From Dehalococcoidia bacterium (GTDB lineage Bacteria > Chloroflexota > Dehalococcoidia > SM23-28-2 > RBG-16-64-32): a DNA stretch of 64,000 nucleotides. The translations under genes and the position numbers were made by a program. The stretch covers positions 576,001 through 640,000 of the forward strand of contig CAXXTF010000001.1 in the NCBI GenBank assembly GCA_963665775.2. Direction: 5' to 3'. Numbering within the stretch: position 1 is the stretch's first letter; every line of letters begins with the position of its first letter. Shown piece after piece: positions 41,105 through 51,469 of the stretch. The notes beneath the pieces were generated by a model. It made no database searches, had not been told where the DNA came from, and saw nothing but the letters and a program-made list of their open reading frames with translations.

Positions 41105-41181
41105 TGGTGGCGCATACGGGATTCGAACCCGTGATCTCCGCCTTGAGAGGGCGGCGTCCTGGGCCACTAGACGAATGCGCC
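41105..41181 (-). tRNA. tRNA-Glu(CTC)
   Basis: Anticodon arm CCGCC-ctCTCaa-GGCGG, T-loop GGTTCGAATCC, CCA end. Confidence 0.95.
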
Positions 41182-41186
41182 AGGAT

Positions 41187-41260
41187 TGGCTGCGGGACTA
41201 GGATTCGAACCTAGACTAACTGATCCAGAATCAGCCGTGCTACCATTACACAATCCCGCA
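41187..41260 (-). tRNA. tRNA-Gln(CTG)
   Basis: Starts TGCGGGA, anticodon loop ttCTGga, GGTTCGAATCC, GCCA end. Confidence 0.95.
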
Positions 41261-41336
41261 GGGACAAGCTGATTCTAGCAAAGTGCCGCTAGGCGGGCAA
41301 ACGCCGAGAACGGCTATGGGTCAGGCAATGATACCT

Positions 41337-41374
41337 GGCTACCGCAGACTTCGTCGGGCCGCCTTCAGCCTCTC
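41337..41374 (-). repeat. Displaced copy of gltX 3' end
   Basis: 35/38 identical to 43163-43200; reads ERLKAARRSLR* vs ERLKSARRRLR*. Confidence 0.85.
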
Positions 41375-41681
41375 TATGGCGGGCTCGCCCGTGATCGATT
41401 TCCAGACTCGGCAGGCCGTCCAGGGGTACCTTGAGCCGGAGTGAAGGCCGCTGGCAGCAGTCCGTTGTCGCACATTTCGACGATGGCTAGGAAGCCGTCC
41501 TCAAGGGAGGGGAACTGGTAGATCCTCAGGTGCCTTTTAGCTATCTACGCCTCGTCGCCGGAATATAAAGGATCCTTCGATTGACTGCGTGGCCTCGAAG
41601 CCCCATACTGCCGTCTGCGGAAGCACACTAGCTATTTATGCCGCGACCGGTCTGCACTGCATCTGAGGAGGAGGAAGCGCG

Positions 41682-42113
41682 ATGCTAAGCTGCGAGAAGC
41701 GTACTTTAGTGGACGCCCCGGTGGATAAGGTCTTTACTTACCTGGCAGACTTCACACGTCACCCAGAGTGGGCTGCCCATCGATTGAAGATAGAGCCGAC
41801 CTCGCAAGGTCCGGTCGGCATCGGCAGCACGTTCGCCAGTTCGGGCCACCAAATGGGCCGCGAGAACGAGAACAAGGTGGTGGTGACAGAGTTTGTGGCC
41901 AACGAAAAGTTGGTGTTTGAGGCCGAGGGCCAACAGGGGAGGTTCCGCCACTCTTTTGAGGTGCAGCCAGCCAACGGAGGTGCCCGGCTCACCAAGCGCT
42001 TCGAGCCCCTGCGACTCTCGCTCATGGCCAAGCTCATGGCGCCTGTCCTCATCTTACTAAGCCCGCGGGGGCTGGCCGGCGACCTGCAGCGCATCAAGTC
42101 ACACTTGGAGTAA
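41682..42113 (+). CDS. SRPBCC family protein
   Basis: VDAPVDKVFTYLADF..HPEW...GPVGIGSTF...DLQRIKS.LE; strong RBS. Confidence 0.9.
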   Translation: MLSCEKRTLVDAPVDKVFTYLADFTRHPEWAAHRLKIEPTSQGPVGIGSTFASSGHQMGRENENKVVVTEFVANEKLVFEAEGQQGRFRHSFEVQPANGGARLTKRFEPLRLSLMAKLMAPVLILLSPRGLAGDLQRIKSHLE

Positions 42114-42491
42114 GGGAAAGCGGCGACCTTTGGGTGCCATCCCATGGCCAGGAGTGGGGATGCCTGGGCGATCGCCTGTGGCATGCCAGCTATCCTTATC
42201 CTAAGGGCCCTATTGAGGCTCATCTTCATGCCTCGGATTCGGAAGCTCGATTAGTGTCCGGAGTGTGGGACTCGAAAAGATAGTCGTGACCGTAGCTTAT
42301 GCTCGCCACGACCCGCGTGGGCGGCATGACCGCTGGGTATAGCTTGCGGCAGCCCGCCGCCAATACCAGCCGAAAATGGCTGGCCTCAGCCGGGACAGTC
42401 CGGAAGCGCGCCGCGGGACGCCAGCACCCCACCTACGGCCATTGGTTGCGGTCTGTCGCATCGACGTCTTTCGGCCTGTAGACTTAGAACG

Positions 42492-43151
42492 ATGGATTCT
42501 CTCGGCCAGGTTCACAGTGAAGTGGTTCATTGTCGGAAGTGCCCTCGGCTCGTGGAATGGCGAGAACAGGTGGCCATCGAGAAGCGAACGGCCTTCAAAG
42601 ATTTCGATTACTGGGGCCGCCCGGTTCCTGGATTCGGCGATCCGCAGGCGCGGCTTCTCGTCGTGGGCCTCGCTCCGGCAGCGCATGGTGGGAACCGGAC
42701 GGGCCGGGTTTTCACGGGTGACCGGTCCGGCGACTGGCTATACAGGGCGCTCCATCGTGTCGGCTATGCTAACCAGGCCAGCAGCAGCCATAGCGACGAT
42801 GGATTGGCCCTGACGGGTGCTTATGTGACAGCAGCGGTTCGTTGCGCTCCCCCGGCCAACAAACCCACGGGAGAGGAGAGGGACAACTGTCTGCCCTACC
42901 TTGTCCGGGAGCTGAGGCTGCTAAAGGAAGCGCGGGTGATTGTAGCGCTTGGTGCGTTCGCGTACGATGCGGTATCTCGGGCAACCGGCCTCAGACCGAA
43001 GCCGAAGTTCGGCCACGGCGTCGAGGCCCACCTGCCTGATGGGCGGGTCGTCCTCTGCTCGTACCACCCGAGTCAGCAGAACACATTCACCGGCAGACTC
43101 ACAGAGGAGATGCTCGACGCTGTCTTGAGTCGGGCCCGGCTTCTGGCCTGA
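42492..43151 (+). CDS. Uracil-DNA glycosylase, family 5 (UdgB-like)
   Basis: [36 protein letters not shown]. Confidence 0.93.
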   Translation: MDSLGQVHSEVVHCRKCPRLVEWREQVAIEKRTAFKDFDYWGRPVPGFGDPQARLLVVGLAPAAHGGNRTGRVFTGDRSGDWLYRALHRVGYANQASSSHSDDGLALTGAYVTAAVRCAPPANKPTGEERDNCLPYLVRELRLLKEARVIVALGAFAYDAVSRATGLRPKPKFGHGVEAHLPDGRVVLCSYHPSQQNTFTGRLTEEMLDAVLSRARLLA

Positions 43152-43164
43152 GTTGAAGCATCGG

Positions 43165-44634
43165 CTACCGCAGCCTTCGTCGGGCCGACTTCAGCCGCTC
43201 GACCGTTCGCTGCTGCCCCAGCACGGCCATCGTCTCGAACAGCGGCGGCGCGGCCGTCTTGCCGGTGACCGCCACCCGGATCAGGCCGAACAGCTCTCCC
43301 GTCTTGTAGCCCAGCTCCTGGGCCAGAGGGCGGATGGCCCCCTCAAGCCCATCGTGCGCCCACGGCTCCAGCCCGTCGATGCCGGCGAGAACAGCTTCCA
43401 GGGCGTCGGCGGCCTGGGCGTCGTCGTCGGCGAATCGCTTCCCTAGCATATCCTCGAGCGTATAGTCCAGCTCGCCCTCCTGGAAGAAGAAGCCGGACAG
43501 CGCCACGGCCTCCGGGAGGAGCTTGATGCGCTCGTGGATTAGCGGGACGATGCGCTCGAGGTACTCGCGGTCCAGGGGCCCGACCGCGGCCTCCAGAACC
43601 GGGCGGAGCCGCTCGGCCAGCTCCTCGACGGGCAGGGCGCGGAGGTAGACGCCGTTCATCCAGGTAAGCTTCTCGACGTTGAAGATGGCGGGGCTCTTGA
43701 GGATGCGCTCCAGGCTGAAGTGGCGGACGAACGTATCGCGGTCGATGACCTCGGTACGGTCGTCCAGGGACCAGCCCAGCAGGCCGAGGAAGTTGAACAG
43801 GGTTTCGGGCAGGAATCCCTGGTCGCGGAACTGCAGTACGGAGGTAGCGCCGTGGCGCTTCCCCAGCCGGGCGCCGTCCGTACCCAGGATCGTGGGCAGG
43901 TGGGCGAAGGTGGGCGGCTCCCAACTGAAGGCGTCGTACAGGAGGATGTGCCGAGGCGTGGACGAGATCCACTCGTCACCTCGGAAGACGTGGCTGATGG
44001 CCATGAGGTGGTCGTCTACCACGCTGGCCAGGTGGTAGACGGGGAAGCCGTCCGACTTCAAGATCACAAAGTCGTCCAGGGTATCGTTCTCGAAGATCAG
44101 GTCGCCGCGGATGACGTCACGGTACGTCGTCTGGCCGGCGAGCGGCGTGCGGAAGCGGAAGACGGGGGTGATGCCCTGGGCCTCGAACTGCGCCCGGTCG
44201 TCCGAGGGGAGGTCGCGGCAGCGGCGGTCGTATTTGGGGGGGAGCTTGCGCCTCTGCTGGTCCTTCCGCACCTCGTCCAGACGTTGGGAGGAGCAGAAGC
44301 AGAGGTAGGCCTGGCCGGCGTCAAGAAGCTGGCGGGCCGCCTTCTGGTAGATATCCAGGCGGTGGGACTGGACGTACGGACCGTGCTCGCCGATATAGCG
44401 AGCCGGGTCCTTCGGGTCGGGCCCCTCGTCCCACTCCAGGCCCAGCCAGCGGAGGGTCTCCGCTATCGACTCCAGGGCGCCGGGCACCACGCGGCTCTGG
44501 TCGGTATCCTCTATGCGGAGGATGAAGGTCCCGCCCTCGTGCCGGGCGAAGAGCCAGTTGAATAGGGCCGTGCGCACGTTGCCGACGTGGAGGTCACCGG
44601 TCGGCGAGGGGGAGAAGCGGACGCGGACGGACAT
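43165..44634 (-). CDS. gltX: Glutamate--tRNA ligase
   Basis: RFSPSPTG.LHVGN, LRIEDTD, YHLASVVDDH, LGKRHG. Confidence 0.97.
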   Translation of the reverse strand: MSVRVRFSPSPTGDLHVGNVRTALFNWLFARHEGGTFILRIEDTDQSRVVPGALESIAETLRWLGLEWDEGPDPKDPARYIGEHGPYVQSHRLDIYQKAARQLLDAGQAYLCFCSSQRLDEVRKDQQRRKLPPKYDRRCRDLPSDDRAQFEAQGITPVFRFRTPLAGQTTYRDVIRGDLIFENDTLDDFVILKSDGFPVYHLASVVDDHLMAISHVFRGDEWISSTPRHILLYDAFSWEPPTFAHLPTILGTDGARLGKRHGATSVLQFRDQGFLPETLFNFLGLLGWSLDDRTEVIDRDTFVRHFSLERILKSPAIFNVEKLTWMNGVYLRALPVEELAERLRPVLEAAVGPLDREYLERIVPLIHERIKLLPEAVALSGFFFQEGELDYTLEDMLGKRFADDDAQAADALEAVLAGIDGLEPWAHDGLEGAIRPLAQELGYKTGELFGLIRVAVTGKTAAPPLFETMAVLGQQRTVERLKSARRRLR

Positions 44635-44723
44635 CTCCGCCTCATTCTAGCAGAGGCGGAAGCCCAGAACCTAGGGATAGGGGCGTTGAACAAAGGACGG
44701 CGAGCCGGTATCCTGGCAGGGAG

Positions 44724-45023
44724 ATGGCAAGCGTAATCGAGGTCAAACCGGAGCGGTTGGACTCCCTGTACGTGAACGGGCTCGAGCTTCCTTACGTGGA
44801 GTTCGACACGTCGGAGCCAGCCCTCAAGCTGATCTACCAGGGCGAGGAGTTCGCGTACTGGCGGACGGTGCCGCACAAGGGCTACGGGTCGCTGCTGGCC
44901 CGGCGCATCCGGGAGCTGGCGGGGGAGGGGAAGAAGCCTCTGCTGGCGCGGTTCGGCTTGAGGATCTACATCTACGCCACGGGTGTCGTTCCCATCGGCT
45001 CCGGCAAGCCGCCGGCAGCTTAG
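44724..45023 (+). CDS. Hypothetical protein
   Basis: 99-aa ORF with host-like codon use and GGGAG upstream. Confidence 0.65.
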   Translation: MASVIEVKPERLDSLYVNGLELPYVEFDTSEPALKLIYQGEEFAYWRTVPHKGYGSLLARRIRELAGEGKKPLLARFGLRIYIYATGVVPIGSGKPPAA

Positions 45024-45922
45024 CCGCCCAGCTCTAAGGCGTTCAGCACCTCGCGAAGCTCCGGCGGTAACGGCGACTCAAACTCGATGGCGCGGTCGCT
45101 GGTCGGCAGCCGGAAGGCGAGGCGGTGGGCGTGCAGGAACTGCCGGCCGATAAGCGCCGAGCGTCTGCCGTACGTGGCATCGCCGACGATAGGGTGACCG
45201 ATGGCGGCCAGGTGCACGCGAATCTGGTGCGTGCGTCCGGTCACCGGCTCCACCGCCAGCAGGGCGTAGTCGTCCCACAGCTGACGGGTGCGGTAGCCCG
45301 TCTCCGCTTCCCGCCCGCCGGCGACGACGGCCATCTTCTTACGGTTCCTGGGATGCCGTCCGATGGGCGCCTCGATGACCCCTTCTGCCGGTCGGGGCAC
45401 GCCCTGGACGAGGGCCAGGTATGTCTTGTGGACATCGCGGTCCTTCAGTTGCTGGGCCAGGCTGCGGTGGGCACGATCGTTCTTCGCCACCACGAGGAGG
45501 CCGGAGGTATCCTTGTCCAGCCGGTGGACGATGCCCGGCCGCAGGGTACCGCCGATGCCCGACAGGTCTGGACAGAGGGCCAGGAGGGCGTTCACCAGAG
45601 TGCCCCGGGGATGGCCGGGTGCCGGGTGCACCGTGAGGCCGGCCGGCTTGTCGACGACGATGATCTCCTCGTCTTGGTAGATGATCGTCAGGGGGATCGT
45701 CTCGGGGAGGAGCCGTAGCGGCTCGGGCTGCGGAATACGGGCGATGACCTGATCGCCTGGGGCCAGCCGCTGGGAGGGCTTCGCCGGGTGACCTCCCACT
45801 GTCACCAAACCTTCATCGATGAGACCGCGGACCCGATTGCGCGAGAGATCGCGGCAACGCCGGGCCAGGAAGACGTCCAGCCGCTCGCCGAGGCGGTCGG
45901 CGGCGAGCTCAATCGTCTGCAT
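45020..45922 (-). CDS. rluD: RluA-family pseudouridine synthase with S4 domain
   Basis: RLD.FLA, VDKPAGL.VHP, GIVHRLDKDTSGL, TGRTHQIRVH. Confidence 0.93.
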   Translation of the reverse strand: MQTIELAADRLGERLDVFLARRCRDLSRNRVRGLIDEGLVTVGGHPAKPSQRLAPGDQVIARIPQPEPLRLLPETIPLTIIYQDEEIIVVDKPAGLTVHPAPGHPRGTLVNALLALCPDLSGIGGTLRPGIVHRLDKDTSGLLVVAKNDRAHRSLAQQLKDRDVHKTYLALVQGVPRPAEGVIEAPIGRHPRNRKKMAVVAGGREAETGYRTRQLWDDYALLAVEPVTGRTHQIRVHLAAIGHPIVGDATYGRRSALIGRQFLHAHRLAFRLPTSDRAIEFESPLPPELREVLNALELGG

Positions 45923-46436
45923 GGGCGGCGGGCTCCGATCGGCTGGAGAGGAAGGCGTAGCCCAGGATGAGGATGACGATGCCGATGGTTATGGAGGAGT
46001 CGGCAACGTTAAAGGTGGGCCAGATCGGGAAGTCGAGGAAGTCTGTAACCTCGCCCAAGCTGAGGCGGTCCAGCAGATTGCCGAGCGCACCGCCCAGGAT
46101 CATCCCCACCGCGATGGGGACGATAACGTGGTCAAAGGGTGGGAATCGATAGTAGAAGTAGATGGCGGCCAGCCCTATGAGGGTGGTTACGATGAGGAAG
46201 CTGTTCTGGTTCTGCAGGATCCCGAAGGCGGCGCCGCTATTCGTGAGGTGATGCAGCCGCACCGGCCAGTCTGCGCTGGGCCAGATGTCGCCGCGGTCTA
46301 TTAGCGTCCGGACCAGCACCTTACTGGCCTGATCCAGGGTAATGACAAGCGCGGCGGTGGCCCAGAACAGGCTCCGCCGCAGCCCGGAGGCGGGGGTTCT
46401 CTGAGGGGGCGTGTGCGTGACGTCTACAGGGCGCAT
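45909..46436 (-). CDS. lspA: Signal peptidase II
   Basis: LDQASK, NSGAAFG, GGALGNLLDR, V.DF, FNVADS. Confidence 0.95.
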   Translation of the reverse strand: MRPVDVTHTPPQRTPASGLRRSLFWATAALVITLDQASKVLVRTLIDRGDIWPSADWPVRLHHLTNSGAAFGILQNQNSFLIVTTLIGLAAIYFYYRFPPFDHVIVPIAVGMILGGALGNLLDRLSLGEVTDFLDFPIWPTFNVADSSITIGIVILILGYAFLSSRSEPAAHADD

Positions 46437-46608
46437 TCGTACCGAGTTGATGATAGCATGGAGAGCTTCCGGCAAAACCCGGCGCCCGCCGCGTCGAGGG
46501 GGCAGTCGTGGCCGGTGCGCGTCCGATTTGCGCAGGTTTGACGGTTGCCATAGGTGATTGGTAGGCTGAATTCGTAGTTTGCCCCACATCCACTGGAAAG
46601 GTACTGCG

Positions 46609-47211
46609 GTGGCTCTTGACCTAGCCTTTGGCCGCTCGAGGGACCAGGAGAAGTACGGAGAGCGTGTGCCGCCCGGCCAGCGAGTCGTGGCGGATTGGCC
46701 GGTGCTGACCTACGGCGGCACCCCCCAGATCGACCTCGCCAAGTGGGCATTGCGGCTGTTCGGTGCCGTGGAAGGGGAAGTGGAGCTCACCTGGGAGGAG
46801 TTCACCGCTCTGCCTCGCACCACGGTTCACTGCGATATGCATTGCGTGACCTCCTGGAGCCGCCTGGACAACGACTTCGAAGGGGTGGCCCTCCAGGAAC
46901 TGCTCAAACATGTGAAGCCCTTGCCTTCCGTAGAGCACGTCATGGTTCACTCCTACGGCGGCTACACTACCAACGTTTCTCTCCCTGACCTCATGGCGGA
47001 GAACGTCCTCCTGGCCTACAAGCACGATGGTGCGGAGCTGGCGACGGAGCACGGTGGCCCGGCGCGCCTGCTAATCCCCCACCTCTACCTCTGGAAGAGC
47101 GCCAAGTGGGTGCGCGGCCTGGAGTTCCTGAACAGGGAGCAGCCCGGCTTCTGGGAGAAGTACGGCTACCACATACATGGCGATCCCTGGAAAGAGGAGC
47201 GCTACTCGTGA
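46609..47211 (+). CDS. Sulfite oxidase-like molybdopterin oxidoreductase
   Basis: [45 protein letters not shown]. Confidence 0.92.
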   Translation: MALDLAFGRSRDQEKYGERVPPGQRVVADWPVLTYGGTPQIDLAKWALRLFGAVEGEVELTWEEFTALPRTTVHCDMHCVTSWSRLDNDFEGVALQELLKHVKPLPSVEHVMVHSYGGYTTNVSLPDLMAENVLLAYKHDGAELATEHGGPARLLIPHLYLWKSAKWVRGLEFLNREQPGFWEKYGYHIHGDPWKEERYS

Positions 47212-48197
47212 CCCAGGCTGGTACCCTTGACGTCACCGACCGGCAGCTTCTCAATCGGCTGCAGAGCGATTTCCCCCTCGTTGAGCAGCCCTTCGCCATC
47301 GTTGGCCAAGGGCTGGGCCTCGGCGAGGATGAGGTGCTGGAGCGGGCGCGGGCGCTGCGTCAGTCCGGAATCGTGCGCCACCTGAGCGCCATCTTCGATG
47401 TCTATCGGGTGGGCTATCGCAGCACCCTGGTCTCGTTCTCCGTACCGGAGGAGCGGCTGGAGGCTGCCGCCGCTGTCGTGAGCGCTCATCCGGGCGTGAG
47501 CCACAACTACGCCCGGGAGCACGTGTACAATCTGTGGTTCGTGCTGGCGGTGCCCCGTTCAGTCGATCTCGACGCGCTCGTGGCCGACCTGGCCGCGAGA
47601 GCAGAGGCCACCAAGTACCACATATTGCCCTCCCTGAAGCTGTACAAGATCAATGTGGAGTTGGACGTGGTGAAGGGAGAGGGGAACCAGGGCCAGGTGT
47701 CGCGCCACCCGAAGGCTCCCAGGCGGGAGTTGACCGCCGAGGAGATCGGGCTGGTACGGGCGCTCCAGGATGATCTGCCGCTGGTCAGTCGCCCCTTCGC
47801 TCAGGCGGCGGCCGACCTGGGAATGACGGAGGAACAGTTGTTGGCCAGGGCTCGTGCCCTACAGGAGGAGGGGATCATGCGCCGCTTCGCCGCGGTGCTG
47901 CGCCACCGCGCGGTTGGCTTCACCGCTAACGGTATGGCCTGCTGGATTGTGCCGGAGGAGCGGATCGAGGAGTGTGGGACGCGCTTCGGCTCCTATCCGC
48001 AGGTGAGTCACTGCTACCGGCGCCCCACCTTCGACGACTGGCCCTACAGCATCTTCACCATGATCCACGCCCAGAGCCACGCCAAGTGCGAGGAGACGGT
48101 GCTCAGGATCGCCGCCGACGTGGGTGTCCACGAGTACGCTATCCTGTATAGCCACACAGAGTACAAGAAGGAACGAGTCAAGTACTACGCGGAGTGA
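47208..48197 (+). CDS. Fused siroheme decarboxylase AhbA/AhbB (NirDLGH-like)
   Basis: Two Lrp-like repeats: LQ.DFPL..PF, VSHNYAR..YNLWF and VSHCYRRP...WPYS.FTMIH. Confidence 0.88.
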   Translation: MTQAGTLDVTDRQLLNRLQSDFPLVEQPFAIVGQGLGLGEDEVLERARALRQSGIVRHLSAIFDVYRVGYRSTLVSFSVPEERLEAAAAVVSAHPGVSHNYAREHVYNLWFVLAVPRSVDLDALVADLAARAEATKYHILPSLKLYKINVELDVVKGEGNQGQVSRHPKAPRRELTAEEIGLVRALQDDLPLVSRPFAQAAADLGMTEEQLLARARALQEEGIMRRFAAVLRHRAVGFTANGMACWIVPEERIEECGTRFGSYPQVSHCYRRPTFDDWPYSIFTMIHAQSHAKCEETVLRIAADVGVHEYAILYSHTEYKKERVKYYAE

Positions 48198-48198
48198 T

Positions 48199-49281
48199 AT
48201 GAGCGAATACGCCAAGGATCGACCCCACGACGACAGCGCCTTCGAGCGGATGCGCTACTACCTGCGGGAGATCGGTCAGGGGCCCAAGAACTGCCGCGAT
48301 CTGACGCGGGAGGAGGCGCGGGACGCCATGGAGATGATCCTGGCGCGTCAGGTCACAGACGCTCAGATGGGGGGCTTCCTTCTTGTCGAGCGGTTCAAGG
48401 GGGAGTCGCCGGAGGAGCTGCTGGGGTTCGCCGACGCCATTCGTGCCGGCGCCCGCCTCATCCAGCCCCGGGTGGAGGGGCTGCTGGACATCGGCAGCCC
48501 CTACGACGGGCGCCAGCGAAACCTGGTGATCAGCCCGGCGGCGTCGATCGTGGCCGTGGCGGCGGGGGTGCCTATCGTCATGCAGGGGGAGAAGGACATG
48601 CCGCCCAAGCACGGCATGCCGGTGGGAGACGTGCTGGCGGCGTTGGGGGTGGACGTGGACGCCGAGCCGCCGGAAGTGGAGGCGAGCATCGAGGAGGAAG
48701 GGTTCGGCTACATGCGGCAGGCTCGCTTCGTGCCGGCGGTGTTCGCCCTGAAGGATGTGCGGGAGGAGATCGCCCTGCGCAGCAACATCAACACCATCGA
48801 GAAGCTGTACAACCTGGCGGGGGCGCCGTACAGCCTGATCGGGCTGACGCACGTGCCTTACCTGGAGAAGATGCTGGCGGCCGCCAAGCAGATGGGGTTC
48901 CGCCGCTTAATGATAGTTCAGGGCATCGAGGGCAACGAGGACGTGCCGACCTCGCGGCCCTGTCGCGTGTTCCAGAGCGTGGACGGGGAGATGCAGGAGT
49001 CGCGGCTGAACCCCCAGGAGTACGACCTGTTGCCGGCCTCGGCGGAGGAGCTGGCCGGCGGCGACGCCGCCTATAACGCCGATGTTCTCCTGCAGGTGCT
49101 GGAGGGGGAAGTCAGCGCGCAAAGGGACCTGGTAGTGCTCAACGCGGGCATCCGCATCTACTTGGCCGAGCGTGCCGAGAGTATCGGCGAGGGCATAGAC
49201 CGCGCCCGTGAGGCTATCGACTCCGGCGCCGCCCGGGCGAAGCTCGAATCGCTCCGTCAACGGGCGATCAGCCGCGTTTGA
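48199..49281 (+). CDS. TrpD2/YbiB-like anthranilate phosphoribosyltransferase-family protein
   Basis: LTREEA..AM..IL...Q.G.FL...R.KGES.EEL.GF; PYDGR replaces the TrpD GTGGD motif. Confidence 0.8.
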   Translation: MSEYAKDRPHDDSAFERMRYYLREIGQGPKNCRDLTREEARDAMEMILARQVTDAQMGGFLLVERFKGESPEELLGFADAIRAGARLIQPRVEGLLDIGSPYDGRQRNLVISPAASIVAVAAGVPIVMQGEKDMPPKHGMPVGDVLAALGVDVDAEPPEVEASIEEEGFGYMRQARFVPAVFALKDVREEIALRSNINTIEKLYNLAGAPYSLIGLTHVPYLEKMLAAAKQMGFRRLMIVQGIEGNEDVPTSRPCRVFQSVDGEMQESRLNPQEYDLLPASAEELAGGDAAYNADVLLQVLEGEVSAQRDLVVLNAGIRIYLAERAESIGEGIDRAREAIDSGAARAKLESLRQRAISRV

Positions 49282-49316
49282 CCATGGGCTTGGGCAGCGC
49301 GTAGACTAATTCTGCC

Positions 49317-49754
49317 ATGGACGACTACGGGTTTGATATAGATGAGGTGATGCGGGTCATCGACTCGGCGGAGGTGTTGGTGATTCGTTTCGCCATCCTG
49401 GAGAAGCGTCTCCTCATCGATGCCCGAATCAGCGAGCAGGAAGGACCCATCATCGCTATCGTTCCCAGGGTTGGCTCCGTGGAGGAACGCTTTAAGGGGC
49501 TGAAGATGATGCGGCCTCGTCTTCCCGTGCCCGATAAGATCATGTCTTTCATGTGGCCGCGGCAGATGGAGACGTTCCGCAGTTCAGGCGTCTGGTCAAA
49601 GATAGAGGAGCGGATGGTCAGTCTCGGCGGTGAACCGATGTCAGAGCGGTGCCAGCAGGTATTCCTGGAACTGGCCCGTGCGGAGAAAGCGGAGACGCTG
49701 TCCGCCATCCGTGGCGGGGAAGACTACCAGTCGTTGTGGGAGCGTTCAGGGTAG
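49317..49754 (+). CDS. Conserved hypothetical protein
   Basis: 145-aa ORF, globular composition. Confidence 0.7.
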   Translation: MDDYGFDIDEVMRVIDSAEVLVIRFAILEKRLLIDARISEQEGPIIAIVPRVGSVEERFKGLKMMRPRLPVPDKIMSFMWPRQMETFRSSGVWSKIEERMVSLGGEPMSERCQQVFLELARAEKAETLSAIRGGEDYQSLWERSG

Positions 49755-49810
49755 GCTGGTAGCTAGAGCTGAATCTGTCGAAGGAACCCGGTAGCGGGGC
49801 CCCTTTCTTA

Positions 49811-50593
49811 TTGCTGATGAAGGTTGTAGGCCTGCGTGGCGATACCGTCACGCCCCCTTCTCCGCTGCGTACGAGCGGTAAGTTCGTCGGTCTCGCCCTG
49901 ACTCTGCTGCTGGTGGCGATCGCCTGTGGCGGCGACGCGGCTGTGCGTCCGGGTCAGGCTGTCGTCTCCACCATCCCCTGGGTCGTGCCCGAGACCGCCC
50001 GCTATCGAATCCTGGATAGCGACGACATCAAGGGGTCAGGGGTGCTGAGCATCGAGGCGCGGGGCGACGCTCTGATCTTCAGCCAGAGCTTCCAGTCCCA
50101 GGAGCAGGCGTTCACCGACGACATATCCGTAGAGACGGACGCGACTACCCTGCAGCCTCTCACTGTGCGGCGGGTGATCGCGGGGCCGGAGGGGGAGCGG
50201 GTGTGTGATGCGAACTACGCCGGTGGCGTGGCGGTTGTGACTCAGAGAGCCAGGGACGACGAGCGGATCGACAGGCTCGACGTGCCCGCCCCCTCTTACG
50301 ATAGCTGGACAGACCTCTTCCTCTGGCGCACGCTGCCCTTCGAGCAGGGGTACGAGGCCACCTATACGGATATCCTGACCTGCAGTCTCGCCAAGCCGGG
50401 TGTCCTCTCCGTGGAGATCAAAGTCACGGCTCTGGAGACGGTGTCCGTGCCAGCCGGCTCCTTTCAGGCCTGGCGGCTGGAGATCCGTTCCGGCGGGCTG
50501 ACGCAGAAGGCCTGGTACGCGGACGACGAGGCGCGCACGCTTGTCCGCTATGATAACGGGAACGAGGTCTTCGAGCTGGAGTCCGTGCACTAG
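49811..50593 (+). CDS. Lipoprotein, DUF3108-like (start uncertain)
   Basis: Lipobox AIAC; ETVSVPAGSFQAWRL motif. Confidence 0.7.
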   Translation: MLMKVVGLRGDTVTPPSPLRTSGKFVGLALTLLLVAIACGGDAAVRPGQAVVSTIPWVVPETARYRILDSDDIKGSGVLSIEARGDALIFSQSFQSQEQAFTDDISVETDATTLQPLTVRRVIAGPEGERVCDANYAGGVAVVTQRARDDERIDRLDVPAPSYDSWTDLFLWRTLPFEQGYEATYTDILTCSLAKPGVLSVEIKVTALETVSVPAGSFQAWRLEIRSGGLTQKAWYADDEARTLVRYDNGNEVFELESVH

Positions 50594-50749
50594 CCGGCTC
50601 GACGCCCGGTTACAGATACGAATCTAGCCGTTTACCGCCAGGCAGAGAGCGGTAAGGGAAGACAGTTGAACAGGTCAAGAATACCCGGCAAACGCCGCCA
50701 TGATGCGCCGTATTGGCCACCGCCGCGATGGCCCATCCCACAACTATAT

Positions 50750-51469
50750 TCAGGGGATTCGCTCAACGGCTTTGACGGCCAGGCCCTTCGCAATCTCCAA
50801 TTGGGTTGCGCTATCTTCTGCGGGGAGATTCAGCATTATCCGGAGGTAGACATCGCCGTGGCGCAGACTCAGGACGCCCAGTGCCACCGTCTCTTCAAAG
50901 TTAAAGTGGTGAGAGGGGACCCGAACACCGTCGAACCAGGCGGCCTCGTCACCGATTCCGGGCACCGGCTCGCCCGCAACGCCTTCCATCTCAGCGCCTG
51001 CCCGGAGATCTTCCGGAGACCCTGGCTCGATCCGCAAGTAGATTCCAGAATCGGTTTGCCACTGGCCGTTCAGGGTCCCACATGGAAACGCGGTGACAAA
51101 CTCGCCCAGCGCCTCATCTGCCTCGTCCGGGGTCACCAGGTCACAAAAGGAACCGATTTGAGGCAGCGTGGTCGCGGCCGTGGGGGACGCGGCAGCCGTC
51201 GGCGTAGGCCCGCCCGGCGTGGCAGTTGGTTGTTCCACCGTGGGCGCTTGAGTTGGGGTTTCGCCGGGCGTCGTGGCCGCCACCTCCTCTTCTCCGTCGC
51301 CTCCTCCGCCGCACGCCGTGAGCGCCACCAGAGCTGTCAGCGCCAGAACGGCGACCAGCGTGGCAGCGACCCGCCTCGGGTTCGGCGTCGAGACCATAGG
51401 CGGGCGCGGCGGAAGAGGATCGGACAGCCCGGCGATAGGGGGCGAGGTGAAGAGCACGGCCATGAGCAA
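50750..51469 (-). CDS. Lipoprotein with Pro/Thr linker (DUF3558-like)
   Basis: LTAC lipobox, PT-rich stalk, CDLVT.DE...LG, PVPGIGDEA. Confidence 0.65.
   Translation of the reverse strand: MLMAVLFTSPPIAGLSDPLPPRPPMVSTPNPRRVAATLVAVLALTALVALTACGGGGDGEEEVAATTPGETPTQAPTVEQPTATPGGPTPTAAASPTAATTLPQIGSFCDLVTPDEADEALGEFVTAFPCGTLNGQWQTDSGIYLRIEPGSPEDLRAGAEMEGVAGEPVPGIGDEAAWFDGVRVPSHHFNFEETVALGVLSLRHGDVYLRIMLNLPAEDSATQLEIAKGLAVKAVERIP

Larger units (their letters stand above)
33094..41118. mobile_element. Integrative element at tRNA-Glu(CTC) 3' end (~8 kb)
   Basis: Direct repeats TGGTGGtGCATACG (33094-33107) and TGGTGGcGCATACG (41105-41118); P4-like integrase next to the tRNA, AlpA, lower GC. Confidence 0.88.
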
